Source of the DNA: an uncultured Acidimicrobiaceae bacterium
GTDB taxonomy: Bacteria; Actinomycetota; Acidimicrobiia; Acidimicrobiales; RAAP-2
Direction: 5' to 3'
Assembly (NCBI GenBank): GCA_963724865.1
Contig: CAVRWO010000005.1
Location: 197,885 to 261,884 of the forward strand
DNA length: 64,000 nucleotides
Numbering within the stretch: position 1 is the stretch's first letter; the number at the start of each line of letters is the position of its first letter. Made by a program: the position numbers and the translations under genes. The notes under the pieces are model-generated. The model had not been told where the DNA came from, did not search any database, and saw only the letters and a program-made list of their open reading frames with translations. Shown one piece after another: positions 1-14,981 of this stretch.

Positions 1-311
1 GGGAATCCCCGCCGCAGTGAAGAACTCCTTCATGAAGGCCTTTGAGCCCTCGAGCTGGGCACCTAGAGATCCTGGTCCAACGACCAGCTTGCCCTGCGCG
101 CGAAGCTCGTCGGCGAGCCCCGCGACGAGGGGCGCCTCAGGTCCGATCACAAAGAGGTCGGCGTCGAGCTCGCTCGCCGGCGTCGCCACGCAAGAGAGAC
201 CGTGCGCCGCGATGCCAGGGTTGCCCGGCGTGACCACGACGTCCGCACTCTTGGCGAGCGCCCACGCGAGCGCGTGCTCACGCGCGCCCGAACCGACAAC
301 GACGCAGCGCG

Positions 312-1625
<1,314 letters not shown>

Positions 1626-1663
1626 CTACCGTAGGAAAATCGGGCCTTCGTCGGGTGAAACGG

Positions 1664-4152
<2,489 letters not shown>

Positions 4153-4153
<1 letters not shown>

Positions 4154-4542
4154 CAGCGCGACCTCCGTTTCGCGTCGAGTACGAGGGCGAGAGAGCTGGT
4201 GACCGGCACCAGATCGCGTCGGTACTGTCGGTGGGTGAGCTCGAGGGCGGCTCGTGCCTCGTCAGAGCGAGAGCTCAGCTCTTCTCTCAGCGCCGCGAGG
4301 TCGGCCTCGAGCGCCATGATGCGCTTGACGCCTTCAAGGTTCACACCTTCGGTCGTGAGCTCTTGGATGCGTCGCAGCGCCACGAGGTCTTCATCGGAGA
4401 AGCGTCGTGAGCCTCCGCTCGTGCGCATTGGCCGCAAGAGCCCGTTTCGCTCGTAGTTGCGCAGCGTCTGGGGGTGTACCCCCGCAAGCTCGGCGAAGAC
4501 CGAGATCACGTAGACCGCGTGGAGGGGCTCGCGCTCAGTCAC
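4153..4542 (-). CDS. hspR: Heat-shock repressor HspR (MerR family)
   Basis: [37 protein letters not shown]; directly after dnaJ; GTG at 4542 overlapping the dnaJ stop preferred over the track start 4560. Confidence 0.93.
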
Positions 4543-5614
4543 TGACCGTCTCGACTTCATTCAGCGAACTCGCCAGCTGCTCGACGAGTCCTCGTTGCTG
4601 CTTGGTCAGCTTCTTGGGCACCGTGACGTTGAAGGTGACGAGCAGGTCGCCCGCGGCGTTCTTGCCGTTGGCGGGAACCCCACGCCCCTTCACGCGCATC
4701 GTCGTGCCGGGCTGCGTGCCCGCGGGGACTTTGAGCGTCACTGGATCGTCGAGTGTCGGCACCTCGACGGTCGTGCCGAGCATGGCCTGGGTGAGCGGGA
4801 CGCGCACCGTCGTCGTGATGTTGCGCGCCCGGCGGTCAAAGCGTGGGTCGCTCTCGACGTGCACGTCAACGAAGAGGTCGCCGGGCTGTCCCCCGTTCGC
4901 CCCCGCGCTGCCCTTGCCCTTCAAGCGGATGCGCTGCCCGTCGACCACGCCTGGCGGAATGCGAACGTTCACGCGGCGTGCCGACGGCTCGCGACCGGTG
5001 CCATGACACGTGGGACAGGCCTGGGCGAAGTGCCCGCCGCGCCCCTGGCAGACCGGGCAGACGCTCGACATAGCAAAGGGTCCCTGGTCGTCGTTGATAA
5101 CACCGCGCCCCTTGCACCGTTCGCACGTGACGAACTGGCTGCCCGGCGCTCCCCCGGTTCCCTTGCAGGTATGGCACGCCTCGTTGGTCGGCAGGCTGAC
5201 GGTCGTCGTGACACCCTTCACGGCGTCGCGAAACCCGAGGTGCAGGGCCGTCTCCAAGTCCGCACCGCGCTGGGCGCGCTGGCGGCGTGAACCGCCGCCG
5301 AAGAGTCCCCCGAACAGGTCGCCGAGATCGCTGAAGTCGCCCGTTTGAAAGTTGAAGCCGCCCGCTCCTCCGAGCCCGCTCGCGGCGGGTCCGAGGCGGC
5401 GCACTTCGTCGTACTCCTTGCGCTTCTCCGGGTCGCCGAGGACGTCGTAGGCGCCGGAGATCTCCTTGAATTTCTCTTCCGATCCAGGGTGCGTGTCGGG
5501 GTGGTACTGCTTGGCGAGCTTGCGATAGGCGCGCGTGATCTCTTTATCGGTCGCACTCGAGGTGAGACCGAGCACCTGGTAGTAGTCCTTTTCGAACCAC
5601 TCGCGTTCGGCCAT
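4535..5614 (-). CDS. dnaJ: Chaperone DnaJ
   Basis: J domain with HPD, G/F region, four CxxCxGxG zinc-finger repeats. Confidence 0.97.
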   Translation of the reverse strand: MAEREWFEKDYYQVLGLTSSATDKEITRAYRKLAKQYHPDTHPGSEEKFKEISGAYDVLGDPEKRKEYDEVRRLGPAASGLGGAGGFNFQTGDFSDLGDLFGGLFGGGSRRQRAQRGADLETALHLGFRDAVKGVTTTVSLPTNEACHTCKGTGGAPGSQFVTCERCKGRGVINDDQGPFAMSSVCPVCQGRGGHFAQACPTCHGTGREPSARRVNVRIPPGVVDGQRIRLKGKGSAGANGGQPGDLFVDVHVESDPRFDRRARNITTTVRVPLTQAMLGTTVEVPTLDDPVTLKVPAGTQPGTTMRVKGRGVPANGKNAAGDLLVTFNVTVPKKLTKQQRGLVEQLASSLNEVETVSD

Positions 5615-6121
5615 CTAGCCCCTGACTTTCACCATGGCGGGACGTAGAACCACACCCTTCCAGCGATACCCCGCGCGCAACACCTCGACGACGATCTGGC
5701 CCTCTTCGCCCTCGTCGTTGGGCGCGTGCGCGACGGCGTCGTGCACCTGGGGATCGAAGGCCACACCCACCTCGTCGATTCGTTCGAGCCCTTCTTTTTG
5801 CAACGTGTTGAGCATGAGTGAGCGCGCCTGGCTGAGCGCCGTCGCCTCGTCGTCCACGGACCCTTCAAAGTGGGCTTGGGCGTAGTCGAAGGCGTCAAGC
5901 ACAGGGAGCAGCTTGGCGACGATGTCGCCCGCCGCTCGAGCACCGGCGTCTTCGCTGCTGCGCAGGACTCGCCGGCGGTAGTTCTCGAAATCGGCTTGGA
6001 GACGCTGGAGCGCGTCGACGTATTCGTCGCGCTGGCGCTCGGCCTCGGATCTGGCGTCAAACGCTTCGGTGGCGTCGTCTTGGGACGCCACCGACTCGTT
6101 GTCTACGACGTCGTCGCTCAC
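5615..6121 (-). CDS. grpE: Nucleotide exchange factor GrpE
   Basis: [39 protein letters not shown]; lies between dnaK and dnaJ. Confidence 0.96.
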   Translation of the reverse strand: MSDDVVDNESVASQDDATEAFDARSEAERQRDEYVDALQRLQADFENYRRRVLRSSEDAGARAAGDIVAKLLPVLDAFDYAQAHFEGSVDDEATALSQARSLMLNTLQKEGLERIDEVGVAFDPQVHDAVAHAPNDEGEEGQIVVEVLRAGYRWKGVVLRPAMVKVRG

Positions 6122-7935
6122 GCTTCGTCCACGATCTCCGCATCGACGATGTCGTCATCGTCGCCGGCCGGGGCCGCGGGCTCGTTGATGTTGGACTTCG
6201 CCGCTTCCTCGTAGAGACGCTGGCTGAAGCTCTGGCTCGTGGAGAGCAGCTTGTCCGTGGCGCCCTTGATCGACTCGAGGTCGGTGCCGTTGAGCGCTTC
6301 CTTCAAGCTCGCGAGCGCCTTTTCGACGTCCTCGCGCTCGCTGCCCTGGAACGACTCCGCTTGGTCCTTCAGCAGCTTCTCGGTCGAGTAGACGAGGCCG
6401 TCCGCGTTGTTGCGCACTTCGGCCTCCTCGCGACGGCGACGGTCCTCTTCGGCGTGGGACTCTGCGTCGCGCACCATGCGGTCGATCTCATCCTTGGACA
6501 GCGATGAGCCGCCCGTGATCGTCATCGACTGCGTGGCGCCGGTCGCCTGGTCCTTCGCCGAGACGTGCACGATGCCGTTCGCGTCGATGTCGAAGGTGAC
6601 TTCGATCTGAGGCACACCGCGCGGCGCCGGCGGAATGCCGACGAGCTGGAACTTGCCGAGCGTCTGGTTGTACGCCGCCATCTCGCGCTCGCCCTGGAGG
6701 ACGTGCACTTCGACCGACGGTTGGTTGTCGTCAGCCGTTGTAAACGTCTGGGACTTCTTCGTCGGGATCGTCGTGTTGCGCTCGATGATCTTGGTCATGA
6801 CGCCACCCTTGGTCTCGATGCCGAGTGACAGCGGGGTCACGTCGAGCAGCAAGATGTCCTTCACGTCACCCTTCAAGACGCCCGCCTGGATGGCGGCGCC
6901 GACGGCGACGACTTCATCGGGGTTCACGCTCTTGTTGGGCTCCTTGCCGGTGACCTTGATGACGAGGTCCTGTACGGCCGGGATGCGCGTCGACCCACCA
7001 ACCAAGATGACGTGGTCGATCTTGTCGAGGGTGAGGCCGGCGTCCTTGATCGCCTGGTCAAACGGTCCGCGAAGGCGATCGACGAGGTCAGAGGTGAGCT
7101 CGTTGAACTTCGCCCGCGTGATCTTGATGTCGAGGTGCTTCGGACCATCGGCGGTCGCCGTGATGAAGGGAAGGTTGACGGTCGTCTCTTGCACGGCCGA
7201 CAGCTCAATCTTCGCCTTCTCCGCAGCTTCCTTCAGACGCTGGACGGCCATCTTGTCGTTCGACAGGTCGACGCCCTCGGTGTCCTTGAAGGTCTTGATG
7301 AGCCAGTTCATGACCGCGTCGTCCCAGTCGTCACCACCGAGGTGGGTGTCGCCGTGGGTCGACTTCACTTCGAAGACGCCTTCGGCGATCTCGAGCACGG
7401 ACACGTCGAACGTGCCACCGCCGAGGTCAAAGACGAGGACGGTCTGCTCGGCCGGACCCTTGTCGAGGCCGTACGCGAGTGCGGCCGCGGTCGGTTCGTT
7501 GACGATGCGCAGCACCTCGAGCCCGGCGATCTGGCCGGCCTCTTTGGTCGCGGTGCGCTGGGCGTCGTTGAAGTACGCGGGCACGGTGATGACCGCCTCG
7601 GTCACGGAGTCACCGAGGTAGGCCTCGGCGTCGCGCTTGAGCTTTTGCAGGATGCGCGCAGAGATCTCCTGTGCGGTGTACTTCGTGCCATCGATGTCGA
7701 TGGTCCAGTTCTCACCCATGTGGCGCTTCACCGACCGTACGGTGCGGTCGGGGTTCGTGATCGCTTGGCGCTTGGCCACCTCGCCGACGAGCACCTCGCC
7801 CGTCTTGGAGAAGGCCACCACCGAGGGGGTGGTGCGGCTGCCCTCGGCGTTGGGAATGACGACGGGCTCACCCGCCTCGAGGACACTCACCACCGAGTTC
7901 GTCGTACCAAGGTCGATGCCGACTGCTTTTGCCAT
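6118..7935 (-). CDS. dnaK: Chaperone DnaK (Hsp70)
   Basis: [32 protein letters not shown] signatures. Confidence 0.99.
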   Translation of the reverse strand: MAKAVGIDLGTTNSVVSVLEAGEPVVIPNAEGSRTTPSVVAFSKTGEVLVGEVAKRQAITNPDRTVRSVKRHMGENWTIDIDGTKYTAQEISARILQKLKRDAEAYLGDSVTEAVITVPAYFNDAQRTATKEAGQIAGLEVLRIVNEPTAAALAYGLDKGPAEQTVLVFDLGGGTFDVSVLEIAEGVFEVKSTHGDTHLGGDDWDDAVMNWLIKTFKDTEGVDLSNDKMAVQRLKEAAEKAKIELSAVQETTVNLPFITATADGPKHLDIKITRAKFNELTSDLVDRLRGPFDQAIKDAGLTLDKIDHVILVGGSTRIPAVQDLVIKVTGKEPNKSVNPDEVVAVGAAIQAGVLKGDVKDILLLDVTPLSLGIETKGGVMTKIIERNTTIPTKKSQTFTTADDNQPSVEVHVLQGEREMAAYNQTLGKFQLVGIPPAPRGVPQIEVTFDIDANGIVHVSAKDQATGATQSMTITGGSSLSKDEIDRMVRDAESHAEEDRRRREEAEVRNNADGLVYSTEKLLKDQAESFQGSEREDVEKALASLKEALNGTDLESIKGATDKLLSTSQSFSQRLYEEAAKSNINEPAAPAGDDDDIVDAEIVDEA

Positions 7936-8008
7936 GAAAACTCCTTAGTTCAGCCTCTGGCGCCGGTCCGTCCGGACCACCAAAGATTCAATTACTCAAT
8001 AATACAGA

Positions 8009-8029
8009 GTTGAGCCTCACCTTGTCAAG
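8009..8029. promoter_or_regulatory. HAIR-like HspR operator upstream of dnaK
   Basis: GTTGAGC-N7-TGTCAAG, 5/7 match in each arm to the CTTGAGT-N7-ACTCAAG consensus, in an AT-rich stretch 74 bp upstream of dnaK; extra half-site ACTCAAT at 7994-8000. Confidence 0.6.
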
Positions 8030-8129
8030 AAGAATTATAAGGCGAGTAATAAGTAAGAATAAACGTGTATTTTATAAGGCTCTGGACCTGCTCTGGGCGG
8101 CTTTTCCCACCAGGACTACGCTTTGAATC

Positions 8130-8885
8130 GTGCCTGACCTGATCCTCCTGCGCCACGGGCGGTCCGAATGGAACGACCTGAACCTCTTCACCGGATGGCA
8201 AGACGTCGATCTTTCCCCTGACGGCGAGGTCGAAGCCCGCGCCGCTGGTCAGCTCCTACGGGCTGAAGCCGATCTCGATCTGCGTGTGGTGCACACGTCG
8301 GTCCTGACACGAGCGATCCGCACCGCCAATATCGCCCTGGACGAGGCCGGGCGCTCGTGGCTGAAGGTCCGTCGAAGCTGGCGACTCAATGAGCGCCACT
8401 ACGGAGATCTGACCGGAAAAGACAAGAAGCAGACCGCAGACGAGTTCGGTCTCGAACAGGTGAAGATATGGCGGCGATCCTTCGATGTCGCCCCACCCAA
8501 GATGCCGCTCGACGACCCTCGCGACGTTCGCCACGACTCGCGCTATCGCGACGTGCCCGAAGACCTCATTCCGCGCAGCGAGTGCCTGAAGGACGTCGTC
8601 ACTCGCACGACCCCATATCTACGCGACGTGATGAGCGAGGACCTGCGCAGTGAAGGTGTGCGCGGCGGCGCCGTGCTCGTCGTCGCCCACGGGAACTCCA
8701 TTCGCGCACTGCGCATGGTCCTGCAGAACATCGGCGAAGAAGCCATCACCGAACTCGAGATCCCCACGGGCATTCCCTACCGCCTCACCCTCGATGATGA
8801 GCTCAACGTGCTCGCAGCTGACTACCTCGGCGATCCCGAAGCGGCCGCGCGCGCTGCCGAGGCCGTCGCCCGCCAAGCGGGCTAG
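8130..8885 (+). CDS. gpmA: 2,3-bisphosphoglycerate-dependent phosphoglycerate mutase
   Basis: LILLRHGRSEWN, LNERHYGDLTG, WRRSFDVAPP, VAHGNSIRAL. Confidence 0.95.
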   Translation: MPDLILLRHGRSEWNDLNLFTGWQDVDLSPDGEVEARAAGQLLRAEADLDLRVVHTSVLTRAIRTANIALDEAGRSWLKVRRSWRLNERHYGDLTGKDKKQTADEFGLEQVKIWRRSFDVAPPKMPLDDPRDVRHDSRYRDVPEDLIPRSECLKDVVTRTTPYLRDVMSEDLRSEGVRGGAVLVVAHGNSIRALRMVLQNIGEEAITELEIPTGIPYRLTLDDELNVLAADYLGDPEAAARAAEAVARQAG

Positions 8886-9024
8886 TCGCTTCGCACCGCT
8901 CGGTTCGCGAACTCGACGGGCCCGCGATCGCTCTCAGCTCACCTGTTTTGTGCCAGTCTTCACGACGTGCTCGTGGTCGCTGCCGCGCAATCTGATCTAA
9001 CGCCCAAGAAGCTGGGCCCGCGCC

Positions 9025-10200
9025 ATGGATGAGACGTCACCTCCCCGCGTGCATCTCGCAGTCATCGCGCGCGAGTGGGCGCGCCTCGGATGCATCGGTT
9101 TTGGCGGACCGCCCACGCACATCACGCTGCTGCGCAAGATGTGCGTCGACGATCGGCACTGGATGGACGCACGCGAGTTTGAAGAGGCCGTTGCCGCGAC
9201 GAATCTCCTGCCGGGGCCGGCGTCCACGCAGCTCGCGATCTACTGCGCCTGGCGGCTGCGCGGCACCGCCGGAGGTCTGCTCGGAGGACTCTGCTTCATC
9301 GTCCCCGGACTTATCGTGATACTCGCGCTCTCAGCGGTCGTGCTGGCTCGACACCCCGAGCACTGGATCGTGGGCGCCGCGAGAGGTTCCGGCGCCGCGG
9401 TGCCCGCGGTTGCACTCTTTGCCGCCTGGCGACTTGTCGCACCGAGTCGGGCACGACTCGAGTCCGAGCGCGACGTGCAGTATCGATGGTTCGCCTACGT
9501 CGTTATCGGTATCGCGACGGCCGCGCTCGCGGGAGAGTTCCTCGTGCTGGCGCTCCTCGGTTGCGGGGTGATCGAGTGGTCGCTTCGCCGCCGCGAACCG
9601 AGGGCGGCGTCCGGGCTGTTCGTCACGAGTTCCGCGCGCGCGCTCGGCGTCACAGGCGCGGGCGCCGTCGGTGGCCTCGCCGGTCTCGCGTGGGTGGCCG
9701 TCAAAGTGGGCGCGCTCAGCTACGGCGGAGGCTTCGTGATCATTCCGCTCATGCAGCACGATGTCGTCACGACCTATCACTGGATGACGGCAGCGCAGTT
9801 CCTCAGCGCCGTCGCGCTCGGCCAGGTGACACCGGGCCCGGTCGTCCAAACCGTCGCGGTCGTCGGCTACGCGGCAGCGGGCGTGGGCGGCGGTCTGTTC
9901 GCCGCCGCGATTGCCTTTGCGCCGTCGTTTTTGTTCGTGATCGGCGGCGGTCGTCACTTCGGTCGTCTCCGTTCGAACCTCGCGGTCCAGTCGTTCTTTA
10001 CGGGCGCGGGGGCGGCCGTGATCGGTGGCATCGCAGGATCGGCGATCACGCTCGGCATCTCGCTGCAGTACTACTGGCAGGTCGCGATTCTCGCGGGCGC
10101 GGTGCTCTGGCTCTTCGTGCTACGACGAGGGGTTGTAAGCGCGCTGCTCATCGCTGGTTTGGTGGGAGTGCTGCTCGCACTCGCCGGCGTCAAGGTCTAG
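9025..10200 (+). CDS. chrA: Chromate efflux transporter (CHR/ChrA family, long chain)
   Basis: Two homologous halves with GCIGFGGP / LPGPASTQ and LSYGGG / TPGPVV motifs; multi-TM. Confidence 0.88.
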   Translation: MDETSPPRVHLAVIAREWARLGCIGFGGPPTHITLLRKMCVDDRHWMDAREFEEAVAATNLLPGPASTQLAIYCAWRLRGTAGGLLGGLCFIVPGLIVILALSAVVLARHPEHWIVGAARGSGAAVPAVALFAAWRLVAPSRARLESERDVQYRWFAYVVIGIATAALAGEFLVLALLGCGVIEWSLRRREPRAASGLFVTSSARALGVTGAGAVGGLAGLAWVAVKVGALSYGGGFVIIPLMQHDVVTTYHWMTAAQFLSAVALGQVTPGPVVQTVAVVGYAAAGVGGGLFAAAIAFAPSFLFVIGGGRHFGRLRSNLAVQSFFTGAGAAVIGGIAGSAITLGISLQYYWQVAILAGAVLWLFVLRRGVVSALLIAGLVGVLLALAGVKV

Positions 10201-10302
10201 CGCCACCTGACCGACTCCGACGCAGCGATCACGGCCTGGCGGAGCTGCCTCGACACTCGGACCGCCACCGAGCTTGAGGCAGCTCCTCCAGGTCGCCCCC
10301 CA

Positions 10303-10641
10303 TTAGAGGGCGTTGGGCCCTCGTTCATTGGTGCGAATGCGCACCACGTGCTCGACGTCGGTGACCCACGCCATGCCGTCACCGACCGTGTCAGTGCGGG
10401 CTGCTGCGACGATCGCCTCGAGCAGCTCATCGACGAGTTCATCGGTGCAGATGATCTCAATCTGGAGCTTGTCAACGAAGTCGAACACGTACTCCTTGCC
10501 ACGAAAGACCTCGATGTGACCGCCGGTGTGGCCGAAGCCGCGCACCTGACTCACGGTGAGTCCCGTGATACCCACGTCCTTCACAGCCTCTTTGACTTCA
10601 TCGAGCTTGAAGGGCTTGACGATCGCGGTGACCAGTTTCAT
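10303..10641 (-). CDS. glnK: P-II family nitrogen regulator (GlnK-like)
   Basis: 112 aa colinear with P-II: AIVKPFKLDEVK, Y51, K58, GDG, RIRT; immediately downstream of amt. Confidence 0.88.
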   Translation of the reverse strand: MKLVTAIVKPFKLDEVKEAVKDVGITGLTVSQVRGFGHTGGHIEVFRGKEYVFDFVDKLQIEIICTDELVDELLEAIVAAARTDTVGDGMAWVTDVEHVVRIRTNERGPNAL

Positions 10642-10649
10642 AACTCTCC

Positions 10650-12071
10650 TTAGACGTTGTCCGAGTGGGTGTGGCTGGGCGTCAAGACCGGTTCACCGAA
10701 GGTCGGCTCGGGGAAGGCCTCTTCCTCGTGGATGGCAATGTCGCCTTCACGCAGCGTCTCGTCGTCTTCTCGTAGTCCTCCCACGAGGAACTTAACCACG
10801 GTGAAGACCACGAACGTGCCAAAGGCCGTCCAGCAGATGATCCAGATCGCGGCGAGGAACTGCTCCCAGAGCTGATGGAACGAGTGACCGTAGAACCAGC
10901 CGGCGACGTGCACGTTCCCGAGCCCCTTATAGTTCTTGCCCTTCACGCCGTACTCCACCATGTTCGGGTCGGCGAGAATGCCGACGAGAAGTCCACCGGT
11001 GAGTCCGGCAAAGCCGTGGGTGTAGACGACACCGAGGGCGTCGTCGACCTTGGAGAAGGGACGGAGCCTCGAGACGTAGGTCCAGGCGATCCACACGATC
11101 GACGCCGCGACGACACCCACGATGATCGCTCCCACGCCGTTCACCCAGCCCGCGCTCGGGGTGATCGCGACGAGCCCGCAGATCATGCCGTTGATCGCGC
11201 CGAGGAACGTCGGCTTCTTTTGCCTCGAGGCAAACATGTCCCAGAACAGCCACGTGAGCAGTCCCGCGGCCGTCGCGACATTGGTGTTGAGCACAGCTGC
11301 GGCGGCGTCCGCGCCGGCGTAGAAGGGGTCGCCGCCGTTGAAGCCGTTCCAGCCGAGCCAGAGGATGCCCGCGCCGACCGCCACCATCATCAGGTTGCTC
11401 GGAAAGGCGTTCTCTCGATCCTGCCAGCGGCGTGGTCCCACCATCCAGGCGCCGACGAACGCCGCGACGCCCGCCGACAGGTGGATCACGTAGCCACCGG
11501 AGTAGTCGACCGCGCCCTTCTGGGCGAAGAAGCCGCCACCCCACAGGAGTGCCGCGTTGATGCAGTAGACCATCGTGATCCACAGCGGCACGATGAGCAG
11601 CCAGGCCTTGAACTTGAGTCGTCCAACGAGCGCGCCCAGGAAGAGGATTGGCGTGATGGCGGCGAAGACGAACTGGAAGTACGCGAGGGTCGCCGTCGGG
11701 AAGTGGAACGGCACGATGGTGTTCGCACCCGAGACCGCCTGACCCTGTTCGGAGCTCGCCGTCGCGAGTGGCTCGAAGTGACCGACGAAGCCGCTCCAGA
11801 ACGAACCCGTCGACCCGAAGTGCGCGAGCGGACCGAAGGCCATGTTGTAGCCCCAGAGCATCCACACGATGAGCGTGAGCGAGAACGCCGAAAAGGTCAT
11901 CAGCATCGTGTTGACAATCCACTTCTTTCGCACGAGTCCGCCGTACAAGACAGCGAGTCCCGGCAGGCTCATCAGGCCCACGAGCGTTGCAGCGACGAGC
12001 TGCCACGTGTTATCCCCCGGGTTCAGCCAACTGGGGTAGGGAATGTTGGTCGCGGCTGAAAGCACGTCCAC
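10650..12071 (-). CDS. amt: Ammonium transporter (Amt/Mep)
   Basis: FQFVFAAIT, DYSGGYVIHLSAG, WLGWNGFNGG, GLVAITP, DDALGVVYTHG; twin His retained. Confidence 0.95.
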   Translation of the reverse strand: MDVLSAATNIPYPSWLNPGDNTWQLVAATLVGLMSLPGLAVLYGGLVRKKWIVNTMLMTFSAFSLTLIVWMLWGYNMAFGPLAHFGSTGSFWSGFVGHFEPLATASSEQGQAVSGANTIVPFHFPTATLAYFQFVFAAITPILFLGALVGRLKFKAWLLIVPLWITMVYCINAALLWGGGFFAQKGAVDYSGGYVIHLSAGVAAFVGAWMVGPRRWQDRENAFPSNLMMVAVGAGILWLGWNGFNGGDPFYAGADAAAAVLNTNVATAAGLLTWLFWDMFASRQKKPTFLGAINGMICGLVAITPSAGWVNGVGAIIVGVVAASIVWIAWTYVSRLRPFSKVDDALGVVYTHGFAGLTGGLLVGILADPNMVEYGVKGKNYKGLGNVHVAGWFYGHSFHQLWEQFLAAIWIICWTAFGTFVVFTVVKFLVGGLREDDETLREGDIAIHEEEAFPEPTFGEPVLTPSHTHSDNV

Positions 12072-12197
12072 TCCTTCTTCTTGTAGAAGAGGGCGACGCT
12101 GACCTCAAGCAGTTGGGATCAGTGTTCCAAGCGAGGATTTCGAAACCGCTAACGATGGGTTTCGGGAGTATGAACATCGCTCCCCATAAGGACTTTC

Positions 12198-14324
12198 TCA
12201 GTTCAGCGACTTCTCCATGACCTGGGAGATGTCCATCACCGATACCTCGTCGCCCTTGCCCTGGGCCTTCACCGCGTCATCGAGCATGATCATGCAGAAC
12301 GGGCACGCCGTAGAGATGATGTCGGCGCCCGTCGCGAGGGCTTCTTCGGTGCGCTCCATGTTGACGCGCTTGCCGATCGTCTCTTCCATCCACATGCGCG
12401 CACCACCCGCACCGCAGCAGAATCCCCGTTCGCGGTGACGGGCCATCTCCACCTTCTCGAGTCCCGGGATTGCGTCGAGCACGTCGCGCGGCTGGTTGAA
12501 GACGCGGTTATGTCGACCGAGATAGCACGGGTCGTGGTAGGTGACCGTCCCCGAGTAGTTGACGCCCGGCGTCAGGCGGCCCTCCGCGACAAGGTGGCTC
12601 AGCAGCTCGGAGTGATGGATGATCTCGTAGTTGCCGCCGAGCGCCGGGTACTCGTTCTTGATCGTGTTGAAGCAATGCGGACAGCTCGCAACGATCTTCT
12701 TCGCACCGACTTCGTCGAGCGTCGCGATATTCACCTTCGCCATCTCTTGATAGAGGTACTCATTGCCCATCCGACGTGCGGGGTCGCCGGTGCAGGACTC
12801 GCGCGGACCGAGGATGGCGAACGCCACCCCCGCTCGATGCAGCATGCGCGCCGTCGAGATGATCTGCTTGCGCCCTCGCTCGTCGAGCGCGCCCGCGCAC
12901 CCCACCCAGTAGAGATACTCAACGTCCTCGGGGATTACGTCCTCCACAACCGGGACCTCGAAGTCCAAAGCGGCGAGCCACTCGGTGCGCTTGGCCGAGC
13001 CCAACCCCCAGGGATCGCCCTGGTTCTCCATGTTGCGCAGCAACAGGCTCGCTTCGCTCGGAAAGCGCGACTCCATCAGCACTTCGAAGCGACGCATGTC
13101 GATGATGGCGTCGATGTGCTCGATGTCGACCGGACACTCCTCCACGCAGGCGCCACACGTGGTGCACGACCAGAGCACGTCCGGGTCGATGGTCGTGGGC
13201 ACCAGTGTCGCGACCTCGCCATTGCTGCTGCCCGAGAGCAGTCGATCGGCCGAGGCGAACATGTTGTCACGCAGCCCCATGATGACGAGCTTCGGGCTGA
13301 GGGGCTTACCCGTCGTCCACGCGGGACAGACGCTCTGGCAGCGCCCGCATTCGGTGCAGGTCGCCATGTCGAGCATCTGCTTCCAGGTGAAGTTCTCGAT
13401 CTTTCCGGCGCCAAAGACGGTGTCCTCGCTCACCTGCTCCATGTCCATGTTGGGCGTCTTGTCGAGGCCGCCGAGTGCCCGGGGCCGACGCGACGTGCCG
13501 ATGTTGATGGGCGCGATGAAGATGTGCAGGTGCTTCGAGTAGGAGACGAAGACGAGGAAGCCCGCGATCACGGCGACGTTCAAGAGCAGGAACACTGCTT
13601 CGAGGACGCTGTTCACGCCGTAGCCGAGCGGAGCGAGCCAGCTGGCAACGATCTTCGACGCGAACGCCCACGAAGACGCGTGCGAAGCAAAGTACGCCGT
13701 CAAATGGCTCGGCGCGATTGACTTGAACGTCACAATGAAGGACGTCGCGTGGTTTCCCGAGTTGCGACCCTGCGGAAAGTGGCTGAACGGAAAGTGCCCC
13801 GTGTTGATCTGGGCTGCTCGATAGAGCAACAGCGTCACGATGACGAGTGCGATCATCCCGAGCACCGCCCACGCGGCTCTCGTGTGGCTGCCGTAGAAGC
13901 GACTCTCGCGCTGCTTCTTGGCCGGCGCGTTCTTTATTCGGATGACCGTGAAGACGCACAGCGACACGAGTACGGCTGTCGCGAAGAAGTCCTCGGTGAA
14001 GCCGAGCCAGTCGCTCTGGCCGATCCAAGGAATGTGAAAGTTCCGATCGAACAGCGAGCCGTAGGCCTCAATGATCGTGAAGAGGAGGAGGATGAAGCCC
14101 CACATCGTAAAGAAGTGCGCGAGACCGGGCACGGTCCACTTGAGCAGCTTTCGCTGACCGGCGACCTCGACGACTTCAGCGTCGGTCACCTTGCGAAAGC
14201 CGTTCCAGCGCCGCGGCGCGGGCTGTCCCGAGCGAATGAGGCGAGACACCCAGTAGAAACGGCGGCCCGCGATCGAGAACAAGATAACGGTGAGGCCGAG
14301 ACCGATGATGATGCGAGCGAGCAC
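12198..14324 (-). CDS. Membrane-anchored Fe-S oxidoreductase (HdrD/FadF/EtfD-like: TM region + 2x[4Fe-4S] + CCG domains)
   Basis: [12 protein letters not shown] and [12 protein letters not shown] ferredoxin motifs, [30 protein letters not shown]; N-terminal TM helices. Confidence 0.85.
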   Translation of the reverse strand: MLARIIIGLGLTVILFSIAGRRFYWVSRLIRSGQPAPRRWNGFRKVTDAEVVEVAGQRKLLKWTVPGLAHFFTMWGFILLLFTIIEAYGSLFDRNFHIPWIGQSDWLGFTEDFFATAVLVSLCVFTVIRIKNAPAKKQRESRFYGSHTRAAWAVLGMIALVIVTLLLYRAAQINTGHFPFSHFPQGRNSGNHATSFIVTFKSIAPSHLTAYFASHASSWAFASKIVASWLAPLGYGVNSVLEAVFLLLNVAVIAGFLVFVSYSKHLHIFIAPINIGTSRRPRALGGLDKTPNMDMEQVSEDTVFGAGKIENFTWKQMLDMATCTECGRCQSVCPAWTTGKPLSPKLVIMGLRDNMFASADRLLSGSSNGEVATLVPTTIDPDVLWSCTTCGACVEECPVDIEHIDAIIDMRRFEVLMESRFPSEASLLLRNMENQGDPWGLGSAKRTEWLAALDFEVPVVEDVIPEDVEYLYWVGCAGALDERGRKQIISTARMLHRAGVAFAILGPRESCTGDPARRMGNEYLYQEMAKVNIATLDEVGAKKIVASCPHCFNTIKNEYPALGGNYEIIHHSELLSHLVAEGRLTPGVNYSGTVTYHDPCYLGRHNRVFNQPRDVLDAIPGLEKVEMARHRERGFCCGAGGARMWMEETIGKRVNMERTEEALATGADIISTACPFCMIMLDDAVKAQGKGDEVSVMDISQVMEKSLN

Positions 14325-14333
14325 TGTTCCTAC

Positions 14334-14915
14334 CTACGCCTTCGGCGCGGGCGGCTTGAAGTTTTCCGAATACCGACTCGGTGTGGGTCCACGCTGGCCG
14401 CGATACTTCGAGCCGAGACCCGACGTCCCATACGGTCGGTCGGCCGGCGTCGTCATCTCAAAGAAGCTGATCTGGCCGATCTTCATCCCGGGATACAACG
14501 TGATCGGCAGGTTCGCCACGTTCGAGAGCTCGAGCGTAATGTGGCCGTCCCACCCGGCATCGATAAAGCCGGCCGTCGAGTGAATCACGAGCCCGAGCCG
14601 GCCGAGCGAGCTCTTACCGTCAAGGCGCCCTACGAGATCGTCAGGCAGCGCGACGCGCTCCGTCGTTGAACCGAGCATGAACTCACCGGGGTGCAGGATC
14701 ATCGGCGTCTCCTCACCCACTTCGATGAGCTCAGTCAGGTCCTCTTGGGCCTCGCGCACGTCGATGACCCGTTGGGAGTGGTTGCGAAAGACGCGGAAGT
14801 ATCGGTCGACGTGGACGTCCACCGAAGACGGTTGTACGCAGTCCTCGCCCAGCGGCTCGATGATCAGTCGACCCTGCTCGAGCGCCTCTTTGATGGACCG
14901 ATCCGAGAGCACCAT
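14334..14915 (-). CDS. dcd: dCTP deaminase
   Basis: [47 protein letters not shown]-like C-terminus. Confidence 0.95.
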   Translation of the reverse strand: MVLSDRSIKEALEQGRLIIEPLGEDCVQPSSVDVHVDRYFRVFRNHSQRVIDVREAQEDLTELIEVGEETPMILHPGEFMLGSTTERVALPDDLVGRLDGKSSLGRLGLVIHSTAGFIDAGWDGHITLELSNVANLPITLYPGMKIGQISFFEMTTPADRPYGTSGLGSKYRGQRGPTPSRYSENFKPPAPKA

Positions 14916-14981
14916 TAGGAGGTCACGTTACTCGTTTACGCGCTTCAGGACGGGCGAACGCGATCACTTTTTGAATACGAG

